Below, piece after piece: positions 1 through 15,815 of a DNA stretch of 64,000 nt; within the stretch, counting starts at the first letter, position 1, and each line of letters begins with the position of its first letter. The DNA comes from the human T2T-CHM13v2.0 reference genome, Homo sapiens: assembly GCF_009914755.1 (NCBI RefSeq), contig NC_060931.1; one strand, 5' to 3'. The position numbers and the translations under genes are program-made. The notes beneath the pieces are model-generated. The model did not search any database. It was not told the origin of the DNA and was given only the letters and a program-made list of their open reading frames with translations.

Positions 1-68
1 GACCTCAGGTGATCACTCGCCTTGGCCTTCCAAAGTGCTGGGATTACAGGCGTGAGCCACCGCGCCCA
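1..68 (-). mobile_element. Alu, 5' part (cut by window edge)
   Basis: GACCTCAGGTGATC...CAAAGTGCTGGGATTACAGGCGTGAGCCACCGCGCCC is the reverse complement of the Alu left monomer. Confidence 0.95.
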
Positions 69-317
69 GGAACAATTATCTCATTTTAGTTGCAATTTGC
101 ATTTCTTTGGTTATGAAGTTGTGCTTTTAAAATTATTACTTCTGTGGATTGTTCTATTCAGGTTTTTAGCATATTGGGAATAACAGTGTTTATTAGTGTG
201 AGTGTTTTTTCTATTAAGAATATTAATTTCTTTTTCTCATTTTTGTTGGTTATATCATGTGCCTTTGAATTTTGTGAACACATTCTTGAGTTGATGTTTT
301 AAAAATGCATGTATTCA

Positions 318-2398
<2,081 letters not shown>

Positions 2399-2596
2399 AC
2401 TGTTTATTCACATTAAAAATATTCATGTAATGTAGGAAAAAACTTAGGAAGATACACACCTAATTAATAATAGATTTTAGTTCTGGGAGGTGTGATAGAT
2501 TGGCATGGGCAAGGGAAAATGAGTGCTTTCTACTCTATAAAATTGTACTTACAGTATGTGTCACTTTTGCAATTTCACAATTAAAGGATAATTTAA

Positions 2597-2668
2597 AAAA
2601 TGTATTTAAACCTATAATTATTTCTGAGTTAACTTCCTCAGAAATAATTATAGGTTTAAATACATTTT
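2597..2668. repeat. Perfect 32-bp inverted repeat with 8-nt loop
   Basis: AAAATGTATTTAAACCTATAATTATTTCTGAG-ttaacttc-CTCAGAAATAATTATAGGTTTAAATACATTTT; arms are exact reverse complements. Confidence 0.97.
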
Positions 2669-4041
2669 CACGTTAGAAGTTATCTGTATTCACCTATATT
2701 TTAAAATAGTTGTTTAAGCTTTAGTTTTTTTTAAATAACAAACCTTTAACTTGTTAATTCATTGTAATTTCTTTTAGTGTATGACATGCAGTTTTTACCT
2801 AATTTAAAATCATTTAAAAATAGTTAACTGATGCTTTGGCATCATTTGGTCTTCACATTTATTTTGATGGCACATTTATTGTATATTAGGTTCTGATATA
2901 TACTAGGGTGTGTTTTTGGCTAAACTGTTCAGTTTCTGTTTACATGTTTTTGATTATTGTAGATGTATAATTTTCCTATGTATTATGGAAAATTCTTTGT
3001 TATACTGTATTTTTAGAATCTTCTTCTTGGGTAGTATAATCCATTTATCTTCTAGATTAACTTAGGATCTCTTTTTTTATTTTACCAGAGTGGGTTTTGA
3101 TTGGCACTGAATTAAAATGATAAATTAATTTGTGGAGAATTTACTTCTGTCTTATCTAAGACAGAATATCTGTACAGTTTTTCAAAACTGCTTTTGTGTC
3201 TCTATGTTTTTACTTTTCTTTGTAAGTGTATTATACTTTACATTGTAAGATTGCTTGTTAGTATTTTATGTTTTGGGCTACAATTATCAATGATGAGCAG
3301 GATTTATCTCCCATTTTCTTTTTTTTTAAGCTGGCTATTGTTAACATGTAAAACTTTATTCTTATGGTCTTATTTTTCATCCAATTATTTTGAAAGTTGT
3401 ATAATTTTTTGTTGGATTCATGTTCATTGCTTTGTTTTGCTCTAATTCTCTGTTTTTAGTAGATATACAATGACTACTAATGTAGGGAATGATAGCCACT
3501 CTTGCCACTAATTTTAGAGAGAATGTGTGTAGTGTCCACAATTGAGATTATTGCTGAATATTGACTTCAGATGTGTCTTATCTGCTATACTTTCCTTTTT
3601 TTTAAAAAAAATCAAGAATTGCTATTGAGTTTTTCCAAATGCTTTCAGGGCTTATTAGCATGATCATGCTGTTTCTCTCTATCAACCTATGTTGATAGAG
3701 TTACTTATTTTGTGTTTATTGAAATTTTATTTTTAACTAAACTTTGAGTTATAATTTATGTAAAATAAAATACATCATTTAAATAAAAACATCACACAAT
3801 TTGATAAATTTTGACAGATGTATTTCTCTGTGAAAGCACAGCTGCAATATATTTCCATCATCCCTAATAGATTCTTTGTGCCCCCCTGTAGAAAATCTGT
3901 CACTTTGCTCCAGGCTCCAGCCAGTCACTGTTTTGTTTTTATCAGTATAGATTAATTTACATTTTCTAGAATTTTATATACATAGAATCAAAGCAACTGT
4001 TATCTCTAGTTTCTTTCACTTAGCAGAATGAGTTTGAGATT

Positions 4042-4661
4042 TGTCTTAGTTCGCTCATGCTGCTATAACAAAATAACTTAGATTGGGTAATTTATAAACA
4101 ACAGAAATTTATTCCTCCCAGTTCCGGAGCCTGGGAAGTCCAAGATCAAGGCACCTGCAGATCTGATGTCTGATAAGGACTGGTTTTCTGCTTCAAAGAT
4201 GGCACCTCGTTGCTGCATCTTCACATGGCATAAGGGGTGAAAGCTTTAAGTTTCTTTGGTAAGAGCACTAATTTCATTCATGAAGGAAGAGCCCTCATGA
4301 CCTAATCACCTCCTAAAGGGCCCACCTCTTAGTACCCCACAATGGAGATGAGGTGTTTTGTTTTGTTTTGTTTTTAATCTTTTAATTTAAAAGTAAACTT
4401 TACTGTGGAAAATGCAAACTTGGGGAGGGCAGAAAGATCACACACAAGGCTGCCTCTTCACACCTGGAGGGTTGCACGGCAGCCGGGCAGAGGCGCTCCG
4501 CACTTCCCAGTGGGGCGGGCCAGGCCGAGAAAGGCGCTGCTCACTTCCCAGATGGTGCGGGGGCTGGGCAGAGGCGCTCCTAACTTCCCAGACAGTGCGG
4601 TGGCCGAGGGGTGAGGTTTAAATATGAATTTTAAAGGGACACAGACATTCGAAGCATAGCA
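4042..4661 (-). mobile_element. MaLR LTR (MLT1A/MST-like), split by SVA2
   Basis: TGTCTTAGTTC...GCTGCTATAACAAAATA...GGGAAGTCCAAGATCAAGG...CCTCATGACCTAATCACC; resumes after 4608 with GAGGTTT...ATGAATTTT...GGGACACAGACATTC. Confidence 0.85.
4355..4607 (-). mobile_element. SVA2 element, 5'-truncated (VNTR + unique 3' end + poly(A))
   Basis: Three ~40-bp GC-rich SVA-type VNTR units (GGGCAGAGGCGCTCC..ACTTCCCAG); on - strand GTGCAACCCTCCAGGTGTGAAG..AGCCTTGTGTGTGATCTTTCTGCCCTCCCCAAGTTTGCATTTTC, ATTAAA signal, A-rich tail; no SINE-R; TGAGGT duplicated at both flanks. Confidence 0.8.
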
Positions 4662-6943
4662 AGATTCATTTATGTTGTTGCATATTTTAGCATCCTATTC
4701 CTTTTTGTTGCTGAGTAGTATTTCACAGTGGGGATATGCCACATATTTTGTTTCTCTAATCACTTGTTGATGGATACGTAGGTTGTTTCAAGTTTGTATC
4801 TATTATGCATAAAATTGCTGTAAGCATTCATGCGCACATCTTTTTGATGTGCTATTTCTTTTTGATAAAAACTTATGAATATTCATAAGTGTATGTTTAA
4901 CACTCAAAAAAAGCCACACATTTTTTCTATGTAGTTTTACTAGTTTACATTCCCATCAACAATATCTGAGAATTCTAATTACTCTACTTCCTCTCCAACA
5001 TTTTATGTTGTCAACTTTTAAAATTTTAACCATTATAGTGCATGTGTTGTGGTATCATTATAGTTTTAATTTACATTTCCCTGATGAATGATTTTGAGCA
5101 TCTTTTTATGTGACCACTAACAGATTTAATAAACCATCTTGACATTCTTAGGATATACCATCCTTGCTTGTGAAGAATTTAGTATGACCAGCTTCTGAGA
5201 GTGTCACCCCGGATACTGTCAGAAGTTGGTCACAATAAAATCATCACAATCATTCCATTCATACCAAAAAGTATATAATATATAATAAGTATACACATAT
5301 ATTATAGCAAATATATAAAATATAGGTATTGATTTGAAATTGTGTTATTCTGTATTACTTTTCTGTTACATACATATAAGAAATGTAAATATAAATACAT
5401 GCATATTATTTAAAAAGCAATAGAACTAGTTAATGGTTGAAATTAGTAATTAATAATAGGACTAATTAACGAATTGATATAGACAACAAAAATATAACAC
5501 TATTTTTATAATATTTCTGTTAGAGATTTTAACTCTTTGGATATTCTACTTTTGTAAGTTGTGTTATTGTGTATTCTTAAGCTAAGTAAATAAAATACCT
5601 TTAAAAAAATGAACGTAAATAAAATGGGATTAGTTAACCAAACATTATATTTAATAAAATTAATAAAATTAACAATGACATATTTCTTTCTGTTCCATGA
5701 TACACCAGTAAGATGTTTTTGATATTTCTGTTTTCTTTTCAGTAATATTTCTCTGAAGTGCCAGCAGCCTCCCAGATACTCTTCTCTTCTTTTATGTAGT
5801 GGTAGAACTCAAACTGAAATATAAAATTTATTTTGACTTGCATCTCTGCCCCTTTAAGACCACATTACACTGTTTCCTAGTGGCAGTTAAATGAAATGAC
5901 ATCCAGCTAAATATTCTCTCAAAAAAAGTGTTTTAGCATGGAATTCTTAGAATTTTACTCCCTAGTAAACAGCAAATGTTTAGATTTATAGAACTTAGTT
6001 TCCACTTCACTAAAAACGCCTATCCAGTTTGTATCTACAGGAGTATTTTGGTAGCTGTTTGTCAATCAAGTTCCTTTCATCTGTAAATCCATCAGGTAGG
6101 CCCTCCATGTCTAAAATTTCCCTCATGTTTAGATATTCCAAAACACATTGGATGTTATTATCATAAGTTAAGCCTCTTTTTGTCATGGAAAATGGTTATG
6201 AAGCATAGAAGTAATTTGAACTTATGAAATTGAAGTTGGATTTCATGTAAGTTACCATTTTAGTAAAGAAATGAGAAAGTCCTGTTTAACTTGGTTTCCC
6301 TTTTCTAGTGACTTTGTTTTTTCACTTCTGAAACAGCCCTATTTTTTTAAATGACTTTTTTTTGTTTTGCATTGTATGTGTTTTTGTTGCAATCTCCACA
6401 TAACTTTCAACAGCTCAAGTGCAGTCAGTACATGCTTTCCTGGGTTCCTCATGGTCTCTTCATAGACCACCAAACATTTTTGGAGAAACAGTGCATACAT
6501 TTCTGTTTCCATACTTCTCTCCATTCTCATCCTCAATGCATTTGCAAATTAGAGAAGGATACTCTTTTTGTCCTATGCTTTGCAAATATGATTTTAGGGC
6601 ACGCCAATATTTTAACATCTATGGAAAGCAAAAATTATAGTCATCTTGTAGGCACATGTCTAGGGAGGCTACCTCCTTCCATTTCTACAAAGTAAAGAAA
6701 ACTTAAGTGCTTCTGCACATTTTGAGGAAATTGAAAATTGATCCACAACTTTCATTATGGAAGGGAAGCAAATCACAATCCTTTTAAGCAGTATTGTTTA
6801 CAAGGTGTGCAGGACATTTAGCCAGCAAGATCTTTAATTTTCTTTGGTAGGAAGTTTATAAGTTGAATGGAATTTGCATATATATAATATGTGTGTGTAT
6901 GTGTATATATATATACTGTCTGCTGAATATGCAAATAGATAAG

Positions 6944-7359
6944 TATCTTGATCCATTTTCTGTTGCATATAGCAGAATACATATAAGTGGGTAACTTATA
7001 AGAAATAAAATCTATTTCTTATGGTTTTGGAGGCTGCAAAGTCCAAGGTCAATGGGGTGCATCTGGTGAAGACGTTCTTCCTGGTGGGTACTCTGCAGAG
7101 TCCTGAGGTGGTGCAAGCCACCACATAGCAAGGGGGCTAAGCGTGCTAACATTCTAGTTTAAGTCTCTCTTCCTCTTCTTAAAAAGCCACCAGTTCTCCT
7201 TCCATGATAACCCATCAGTCCATTAACTCATTCATCCATTAGTCCATTCATGTGGGTAGAGCCCTCATGATCCAATCACCTCTTGAAGGCCCCATCTGTC
7301 AATATTGTCACATAGATAAATTGCAACATGAGTTTTGGAGGGGACAAATATTCAAGCCA
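6944..7359 (-). mobile_element. MaLR LTR (MSTC-like)
   Basis: AGTCCAAGGTCAA..GCATCTGGTGA..CCCTCATGATCCAATCACCTCTT..AACATGAGTTTTGGAGGGGACAAATATTCAAGCCA. Confidence 0.85.
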
Positions 7360-7459
7360 AATGAATGAGCAATGTTTACTTTGTATTTGGACAGGGATCA
7401 ACAATATTTTATTTATTACTTTTTGTAGTTCCATTAAAATCTTTATAGAAATCAAGATG

Positions 7460-7812
<353 letters not shown>

Positions 7813-8607
7813 TCAAGATGATTTGAAGCTCCATTTTTCAAATCTAAGTACCTAACAACAGCCAGGGGTAACATTTTATTGTTCTTGTTTCTGTGATGTC
7901 TCATGTGAGGTACTATAGAAAGAAGAATCCTTGGTAAGAGTCAGACCTGCCCTGTCAGAGGCTACACATCTGTTATCTAAATTTCCTTTTTTGTTTGCCC
8001 AACAGGACATTTTAGTTACAACCTCTGAATCAGGAAATGCAACCTCTGAATCAGGAAATGCAACCTCACTCAGTTTTGTAGAGGAATTGAAGGAGTAGTA
8101 ATAAAATGTATGCTCATTCATGTAGTATGCTGAAGCTAATTCAGTGGCCACTTTACAATATTCATAATTCTAAAAAATATGTAAATGAGGAACATCATTG
8201 CATGTTTGTAGCTGGCTACCTTGCTGTGATAACCGTTTTGGATCCACATCCCTGGCATTTGGTTTGTGTGGACTGAGCTCCAGAGGAATCAGCCATGGGT
8301 CACCCTCCTCCCAGATCACCACATGCCATCAGCTGTCCCAAAGAGTTTAAAAAACAGTTTTAGAACAATTGAATTGTTTGGGCACATTCACTACTTAGGT
8401 TATCTAACAGATGATGTTCTAATGTAATAATTCAGTTTTATTCTGTTTTCATCTTTTTTTTTTTAAACCTACTCTGTAAGTCTTAGATTGAAACTATGTA
8501 GTCTACCAAGCAGTTATATTTTTAATACTTTGTGCATTTTTGTGTTTATTTCATATATTTTAATGCTTTGTTATAAGCTTTTAAAGTGAATAAATATCAG
8601 GTCTTAA

Positions 8608-8862
<255 letters not shown>

Positions 8863-10632
8863 TGTAATATAATTTTTAAGCTATAATTCTATGTTGACTG
8901 ATACTAGTATTTCCTTTCTTAATTTTATTTGTGCTCAAATGCAGTTTACTTTGCTAATCATTTAAATTTATTGATTCTATGTAATTTATTTTTAATGTGT
9001 TTATTATAAGCACTCTGACGTTGAAGTTTATTTTTAAGCCCAATTAAGAAGAGTCTGCATCCTAATAACTTAATATAAATAATTTACATTTATTTTCATA
9101 ACTTATTTTCTACTTATACCAAATTAAAAGGCCATGCCTGTGTATCTTGTTTTAAATGTTACCAGTGAATGCTTTTCCTATTTTAAGCCACCAAAATATT
9201 TCTTTGTATGAAATGTTAAAAAACTTCTCAAAAGTTAAAGAATTTATCTTCCTCTTACTTTTTCCTGATTTTGTCTAATTCCTATTTGAAATAAGATTTT
9301 AGTTAGATTTTACTCATTATTTTAAATTACATATTTTCCCTTTTAAAAATCGTTTTAGTACATGCATCTATTGTTGTGCAATTATTAAAATTGACGTTTA
9401 AGTCCTCATGCTCACTAGCAGTCCTTTCATACCAGTTTCATCCTTTAAAATTTTTTTTTCTGAATCCTTACATACTCACAAATACCTTGCTTTTGCCCAA
9501 ACACATGAAAACAGCTTACCTTGATCCACAATTATTTTTACCTACAACCTAAACATTATTTTATTCCATCTCGTTTTAGGTTGTGGAGAAGTCTGAGTTC
9601 AGCCTGAAAAACAGATTTTTACCTGATCCAGTCCTAGCTCTGGGCCTGTATTTTAATTAACAATGCACTCTCAATATTTCCTTGCTTGTTTGAAACTCAG
9701 TCATGGCTCTGAGACCTCTAGCAACCCCTTCTAGATGTTAAAGCTCATACACTTTTGCTTTAACTGTAAGTCTTTCTAAGCTGTCTAATGCTGCTACCCT
9801 CTATTCAGCATGCTTGCCCTGTACTTATTTAAGTCATGGAAAGATTGCTTTATACTCCATTTAGCTTCTCAAAGGCCAGAAAGGAGAGATTACCACCACA
9901 GCATGCACACAGGTCAATATTCCAAATTCAGCCTTAATTGTTCTTTTCGAATCACCAGGGAAACCTCCCTCCTTCCATCAGGTATTTGTTTTTACTGATT
10001 AATTACTACCATCTATTTAAAACTAATTTCCTTAGAAACTCCTCTAACTGACTCGTTAATTATGTTTTCCCCAAGCCTGGCCATTGTCAAAGTACTTACT
10101 TAGTATTAAAGAGATTATAGTTAGTTTTCCATGAATATTTTAGCACTTTAAAACTGATCATAAAGAACTTTAGAGCAGAGATGAAAGTTAAGGGTACAGA
10201 AAGCAAATTGCAGGGTGGTGTGGGAGGCAGAAAAGAAAATTTAAAAGGAAATAAGGGAAAAATATATATGCTTATATTTCCATAATAACATGAAAAACTT
10301 TACCTGTAAAATTCTTTAAGAGAGGGTAGTTAAATTGGAAGGAATTTTAGATGAATTTATTTAAACTATAGGATTGAAATGATTAAATCAGAAAATGAAA
10401 TTGGAAAATAAAAAAATCAAAAGAAGAATGTCCAATGACTTCCACTCTGTGGATTCCCTTAACTCTCGCTGAGAAAGAAAAGGTTAAGAGTGGTTCTCTT
10501 TCCTCCAGGACACTGCAGGCAGTTTGTATGAGCATTGGCTGACAGAATTGATAAGCCTGAAGATAAATGAGTTTAAGTAGGGATTTATAATTTACTGATG
10601 ATTAAACTGAGGAATATTTTTGGGATTTCTGG

Positions 10633-10633
<1 letters not shown>

Positions 10634-10662
<29 letters not shown>
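10634..10662. repeat. (TG)n microsatellite
   Basis: About 14 TG units. Confidence 0.95.
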
Positions 10663-10665
<3 letters not shown>

Positions 10666-11194
10666 CCTGCACTTTGTGGATTGATGTGATGCAGCTACAC
10701 TTAAAGGCAGAAGTTAGTTAATGAGGTATAAAGACTTAGAGGGTCCGAAACTGAGTAAGGTTTCCATGTTAGCTTATACCCTATGCTAGTTGAACAAAAC
10801 CAGATCTCATCCCAGTGTGGAAGTGCACATTTAGGACCTCCTAAATATTGATGTGATATGTGTGGTAGCTCCTTTTTGGCACTCTTTGCTAATTATCAGC
10901 AAAGTTTGATGTGGGGTCAGATTTGTATTTTGTGTGAGTTGATTGGCCATTTGTCCTTTTGCGCTCCTGCAGGCACTCATCCTCGCTTTTGTCCTTTTGT
11001 GGGTTATTTTTTTTTGTCTCTATCAGAAAATGGGTACAGAGACCTTCAGCAAATACAGATGGAGAGACTCAGCCTAATTCTTCTCATCTCCTAATGCCTT
11101 TTAGATTCTTAAGGAGGTATAAAAATTTTTCCCAAATAAAAATTGATAAGAAGTATAATTTTATTATCAGAAGTTTACTGTAGACTTTACATGT

Positions 11195-12545
11195 TATGGT
11201 TTTAAAGATATGGTCACAAATTCTTTCATCCTCCTTCCTTCAAAAAATGGAGTTTAATGCCTCTTCCCTTGAAGGTGGGCCAGACTTAGTGATTCACTTT
11301 CAACAGAGAATGTGGCAAAAATGATGCTATGTTTCTTCCAAAGCTAGGTTGCAGAGAGGATGCAGCTTCTGCCTGGTTGTTCTTGTTCTTATATTGCCCA
11401 CACTGGGGCAGACCAGTTACTATGCTGTGAAAATACTCAAGTAGTCCTGTGGAGGGACAGTTTTTCATAGGGAGAAAAACTGAGGCCTCCTACTGAAAAC
11501 CAGCACCAGCATGCCATGAGAGTGAACCACCTAGGAAGCAGATCCCTCAGCCTCAGTTAAGCTTTCAACGACTGCAGCCCTGGCCCTCATCAGACTACAA
11601 TCTTATGATAGGCGTCAGGCCAGAACCACCCAGTCAAGCTGCTCCTGAATTCCTGACCCTCAGAAATTGTGAAAGATAGTAAATCATCATTGCTGTTTTA
11701 GGTCACTCAGTTTTGGGGTGATGAGCTATACTGCAATAGATAACTAATGCTGATTTTTATCAAAGACCTTGCCAGAAGAAAAAGCTAAAAAAATATAGGA
11801 ATGGCATTGGGCTCTGTGGGTAGGTGGACACTGAAAAAACTTTTTTGAGAATATTAGGAAAGCCTGAAGGGCTCTGAAGAGACTGTTAGAGAAATTTGAA
11901 TGCCCTCAGCGAGGCTTTTGGGAAGGGCTTATAGGAAAGAAAGAAAAATTATTTTTGGAAACTAGAAGAAAGGGGATCCTTGCCAACTTGTGGCAGGAAG
12001 TTTAGCAACATTGTCACCTGTGGTAATGCGGTAAAGGCACTTTAATCAATGGGGATATCTAGTTAAGGAGATTTCTGGGCAGAGTGTTGAAGGTGCCTCC
12101 TGTTCTTCTCTTCTTGCGTCTAGTAAAATACAAGAGGAGAGAAACAAGTCAGAGAAAAATTATAATATATAAAGCAGTGAAGACCTGGTGGGTTTTAAAG
12201 TTTGCAGCCTCTTTGGATGGCAAACAATGCTAAAATTTAAAAAAATTGGCTTTTGAACAAAGATCAAATTCAGGGTACTCTCAGGAAGATATAGTATAAA
12301 GATGAACCTGAGGGTGTGACTATAATATGCTTTGTGAAGAAGTTAGAGAACCAGATGGTGAGATAAAAGGCCCTCTAAGGAATTTAAGGGTGGGCAACTT
12401 CATAACGAACCCGAGCCAGGACCACTTAGCTAAGCCACTCCTGAATTTTTAACCTACAGACAAATCACGAGAGATAATAAATATTTACTGCTGCTTTAAA
12501 CCATTAAGGTTTGGTTTAATTTGCTGTGTAGCAATAGATAATAAG
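11195..12545 (+). mobile_element. MLT1 (MLT1F-like) LTR + MLT1 internal fragment + partial second LTR
   Basis: LTR ends GCAATAGATAACTAAT at ~11750; MaLR-internal-like sequence follows; a second GCCACTCCTGAATT...GCAATAGATAA 3' LTR end at 12400-12545. Confidence 0.7.
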
Positions 12546-13211
12546 TTGCCACTGACTTTTAATTATTGTAAAATCAATGAGGAGATGTCTGGCCTCATAG
12601 AAGATTTACCTGACATGAATCAGCCCTCTTCCTGATTCTAACATATAGAAATGATGGAAAAACTACAAAAAGCTTGAATAAAATAGTCATGTAACTGAGA
12701 AAATGGAATCCCTAGATAATAAAAACATAGAGAGAAATCACAGTCATTTGGGAAGGGTAAAGTGAACGTAGTAACCTGGCCCATTGAGGTTTATGAGATA
12801 TAGGATTGTGTAAAGGATGAGGCTGAAGTTTTCATGCAGGGTCAGCAGCTGGAAACAAGTCCAGTTGTATAAGGCCAAGAGCCTACAAGGGTGCACTCTC
12901 TTCACAAATATAAAGTTTGACTTTCCAGCCTGGAAAAGCAACAAAGAAACTTGTTAAACATTCAAGACTTTTTCATCCACTGATTATTCTTTGTCCCTTT
13001 GTTATGAGAGAGTTCTTTGAAAACAAAGCAAAGCAAGTGCATGAAAGGAATACTGAGGCTATTTTCTCCAGGTGACACACTTATGACAAAGCTCATTCTT
13101 AGGCAGTCTGTCTTCTATCTCTCTATAAGAATATGTATTACTATTTATTTAAATTGAAAATGACAATCATACAAAGTATGTTTGATTTGGTCCATTCTTT
13201 TGACAATGAGG

Positions 13212-13340
13212 CAGAGTCAGCACTAGGGAGAGGTAAATAAGGTGCCCAGAGCACAGAATTTAAGGAAACATCAACCTGAATGTGATGCCTCTTTAAATTT
13301 TGTACCCTAAACACCTCACTTGTTTAAGCCTAGTCCAAAA
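13212..13340. mobile_element. MER91/MER96-like hAT MITE
   Basis: CAGAGTCAGCACTAGGGAGAGG...TGCCTCTTTAAATTTTGTACCCTA..CACCTCACTTG..CCTAGTCC. Confidence 0.55.
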
Positions 13341-14749
13341 TCAGCCTTTGCAACAAGATGACATGGCAGGAATTTTCCATACATTGAATGAGCTAAATAA
13401 GTATGTCCATGGTATTGAAGAAAATATATTTAAAACAAATGATAAAATAAAAGCATTTTATCAGATTCCTGGGCAAGATGGCCAAATAGGAACAGCTTCA
13501 TTCTGCAGCTCCCAGTGAGACCAACACAGAAGGCAGGTGATTTCTGCATTTCCAACTGAGGTACCCAGTTCATCTCATTGGGACTGGTTAGCCAGTGGGT
13601 GCAGCCCACAGAGGGTGAGCAGAAGCAGGGTGGGGCATTGCCTCATCAGGGAAGCACAAGGGGTCAGGCAATTCCCCTGACCAAGGGAGGCCATGAGGGA
13701 CTGTGCTGTAAGGGACGGTGCTATCCAGCCCAGCTTTTCCCATGGTCTTCATAACCCACAGACCAGGAAATTCCCTCGGGTGCCTACACCACAAAGGCCC
13801 TGGGTTTCAAGCACAAACCTGGGTGGCCATTTGGGCAGACACTGAGATAGCTTCAGGAGTTTTTTTTTTTGTTTTTTTTTTTTAATATCCCAGTGGCACC
13901 TGGAAAACTAGAGAGACAGAACTGTTCATTCCCCTGGAAAGGGGGTTAAAGCCAGGGAGCCAAGTGGTCTTGCTCAGCAGATCCCACCCCCATACCCCCA
14001 TGGAGCCCAGCAAGCTAAGATCCACTGGCTTGAAATTCTTGCTGCCAGCACAGCAGTCTGAAGTTGACCTGGGATGCTCGAGCTTGGTGGGGGGAGGGGC
14101 ATCCACCATTACTGAGGCTTGAGTGTGGCTTTCCCCTCACAGTGTAAACAAAGCCACTGGGAAGTTTGGACTGGGCAGAGCCCACCTCAGTGCTGCAAAG
14201 CCACTGTAGCCAGACTGCCTCTCTAGATTCCTCCTCTCTGGGCACGGCATCTCTGAAAGAAAGGCAGCAGTCCCAGTCAGGGGCTTATAGATAAAACTCC
14301 CATCTCTGTGGGACAGAGCACCTGGGGAAAGGAGCAACTGTGGGCACAGCTTCAGCAGACTTAAACATTCCTGCCTGCCAGCTATGAAGATAGCAGTGGA
14401 TGTCCCAGCACAGTGTTCGAGCTCTGCTAAGGGACAGACTGCCTCCTCAAGTGGGTCCCTGACTCCTGTGCCTCCTGAAGTGGAGACAACTCCCAGCAGG
14501 AATTGACAGACACCTCATACAGGAGAGCTCTGGCTGGCATCTGGTGGGTGCCCCTCTGATACGAAGCTTCCAGAGGAAGGAGCAGGCAGCAATCTTTGCT
14601 GTTATGCAGTCTCCGCTGGTGATACCCAGGCAAACAGGGTCTGGAGTGGATCCCAGCAAACTCCAGCAGACCTGCAGAAGAAGGGCCTCACTCTTAGAAG
14701 GAAAACTAACAAACAGAAAGTAATAGCATCAACATCAACAAAAAGGATG

Positions 14750-15815
14750 ATCATGCAAAAACTTCATCTGAAGATCACCAACAGCAAAGACTAAAGGTAT
14801 ATAAATCCTTGAAGGTGAGGAAAAACCAGAACAAAAAGGCTGAAAATTCCAAAAACCAGAGTGCCTCTTCTCCAAAGGATCACAACTCCTCACAAGCAAG
14901 GGAACAAAACTGGATGGAGAATGTTTGATGAATTGACAGAAGTAGGCTTCAGAAGATGGGTAATAACAAACTCCTCTGAGCTAAAGGAGCATGTTCTAAC
15001 CCAATGCAAGGAAACTAAGAACCATGATAAAAGGTTAGAGGAATTGCTAACTAGAATGACCAGTTTAGAGAAGTACATAAATGACCTGATGGAGCTGAAA
15101 AACAGAGCACGAGAACTTCATGAAGCATATGCAAGTATCATAGCCAAACTGATCAAGCAGAAGAAGGGATATTAGAGATAAAGCGTGAAGACAAGATTAG
15201 AGAAAAAAGAATGAAAAAGAACAAACAAAGCCTCCAAGAATTATGGGACTATGTGAAAAGACCAAACCTACATTTGATTGGTGTTGGTGTACCTGAAAGT
15301 GATGGGGAGAATGGAACCAAGTTGGAAAACACACTTCAGGATATTATCCAGGAGAACTTCCCCAACCTAGCAAGACAGGCCAACATTCAAATTCAGAAAA
15401 TACAGAGAACACCACAAAGATACTCCTCGAGAAGAGCAACCCCAAGACACATAATCGTCAGATTCACCAAGGTTGAAATGAAGGAAAAAATGTTAAGGGC
15501 AGCCAGAGAGAAAGACTGGGTTACCCACAAAGGGAAGCCCATCAGACTAACAGGTGATCTCTCTGCAGAAACTCTACAATCCAGAAGAGAGTGGCGGTCA
15601 ATATTCAACATTCTTAAAGAAAAGAATTTTCAACCCAGAATTTCATATCAAGCCAAACTAAGCTTCATAAGTGAAGGAGAAATAAAATCCTTTACAGACA
15701 AGCAAATCCTGAGGGATATTGTCACCACCAGGCCTGCCTTACAAGAGCTCCTGAAGGAAGCACTAAATATGGAAAGGAAAACCAGTACCAGCCACTGAAA
15801 AACAAACCAAAATGT
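14750..15815 (+). pseudogene. L1 ORF1p, disrupted
   Basis: ORFs 14861-15175 and 15211-15798: SLQELWDYVKRPNLHLIGV..PESDGENGTKLENTLQDIIQENFPNLARQANIQIQ; frameshifts and short deletions. Confidence 0.92.

Larger units (their letters stand above)
3725..5115 (-). mobile_element. Old L1ME-like 3' region, interrupted by a MaLR LTR and SVA2
   Basis: Antisense L1M motifs (TTTTCTAGAATTTTATAT; TTGCTGAGTAGTATTTCA; TTTACATTCCCATCAACA; CATTTCCCTGATGA). Confidence 0.7.

Noticed and set aside
6351-6695. 114-aa + strand ORF as a host exon
   Set aside because: It lies antisense within the fossil hAT transposon and shows no recognisable homology.
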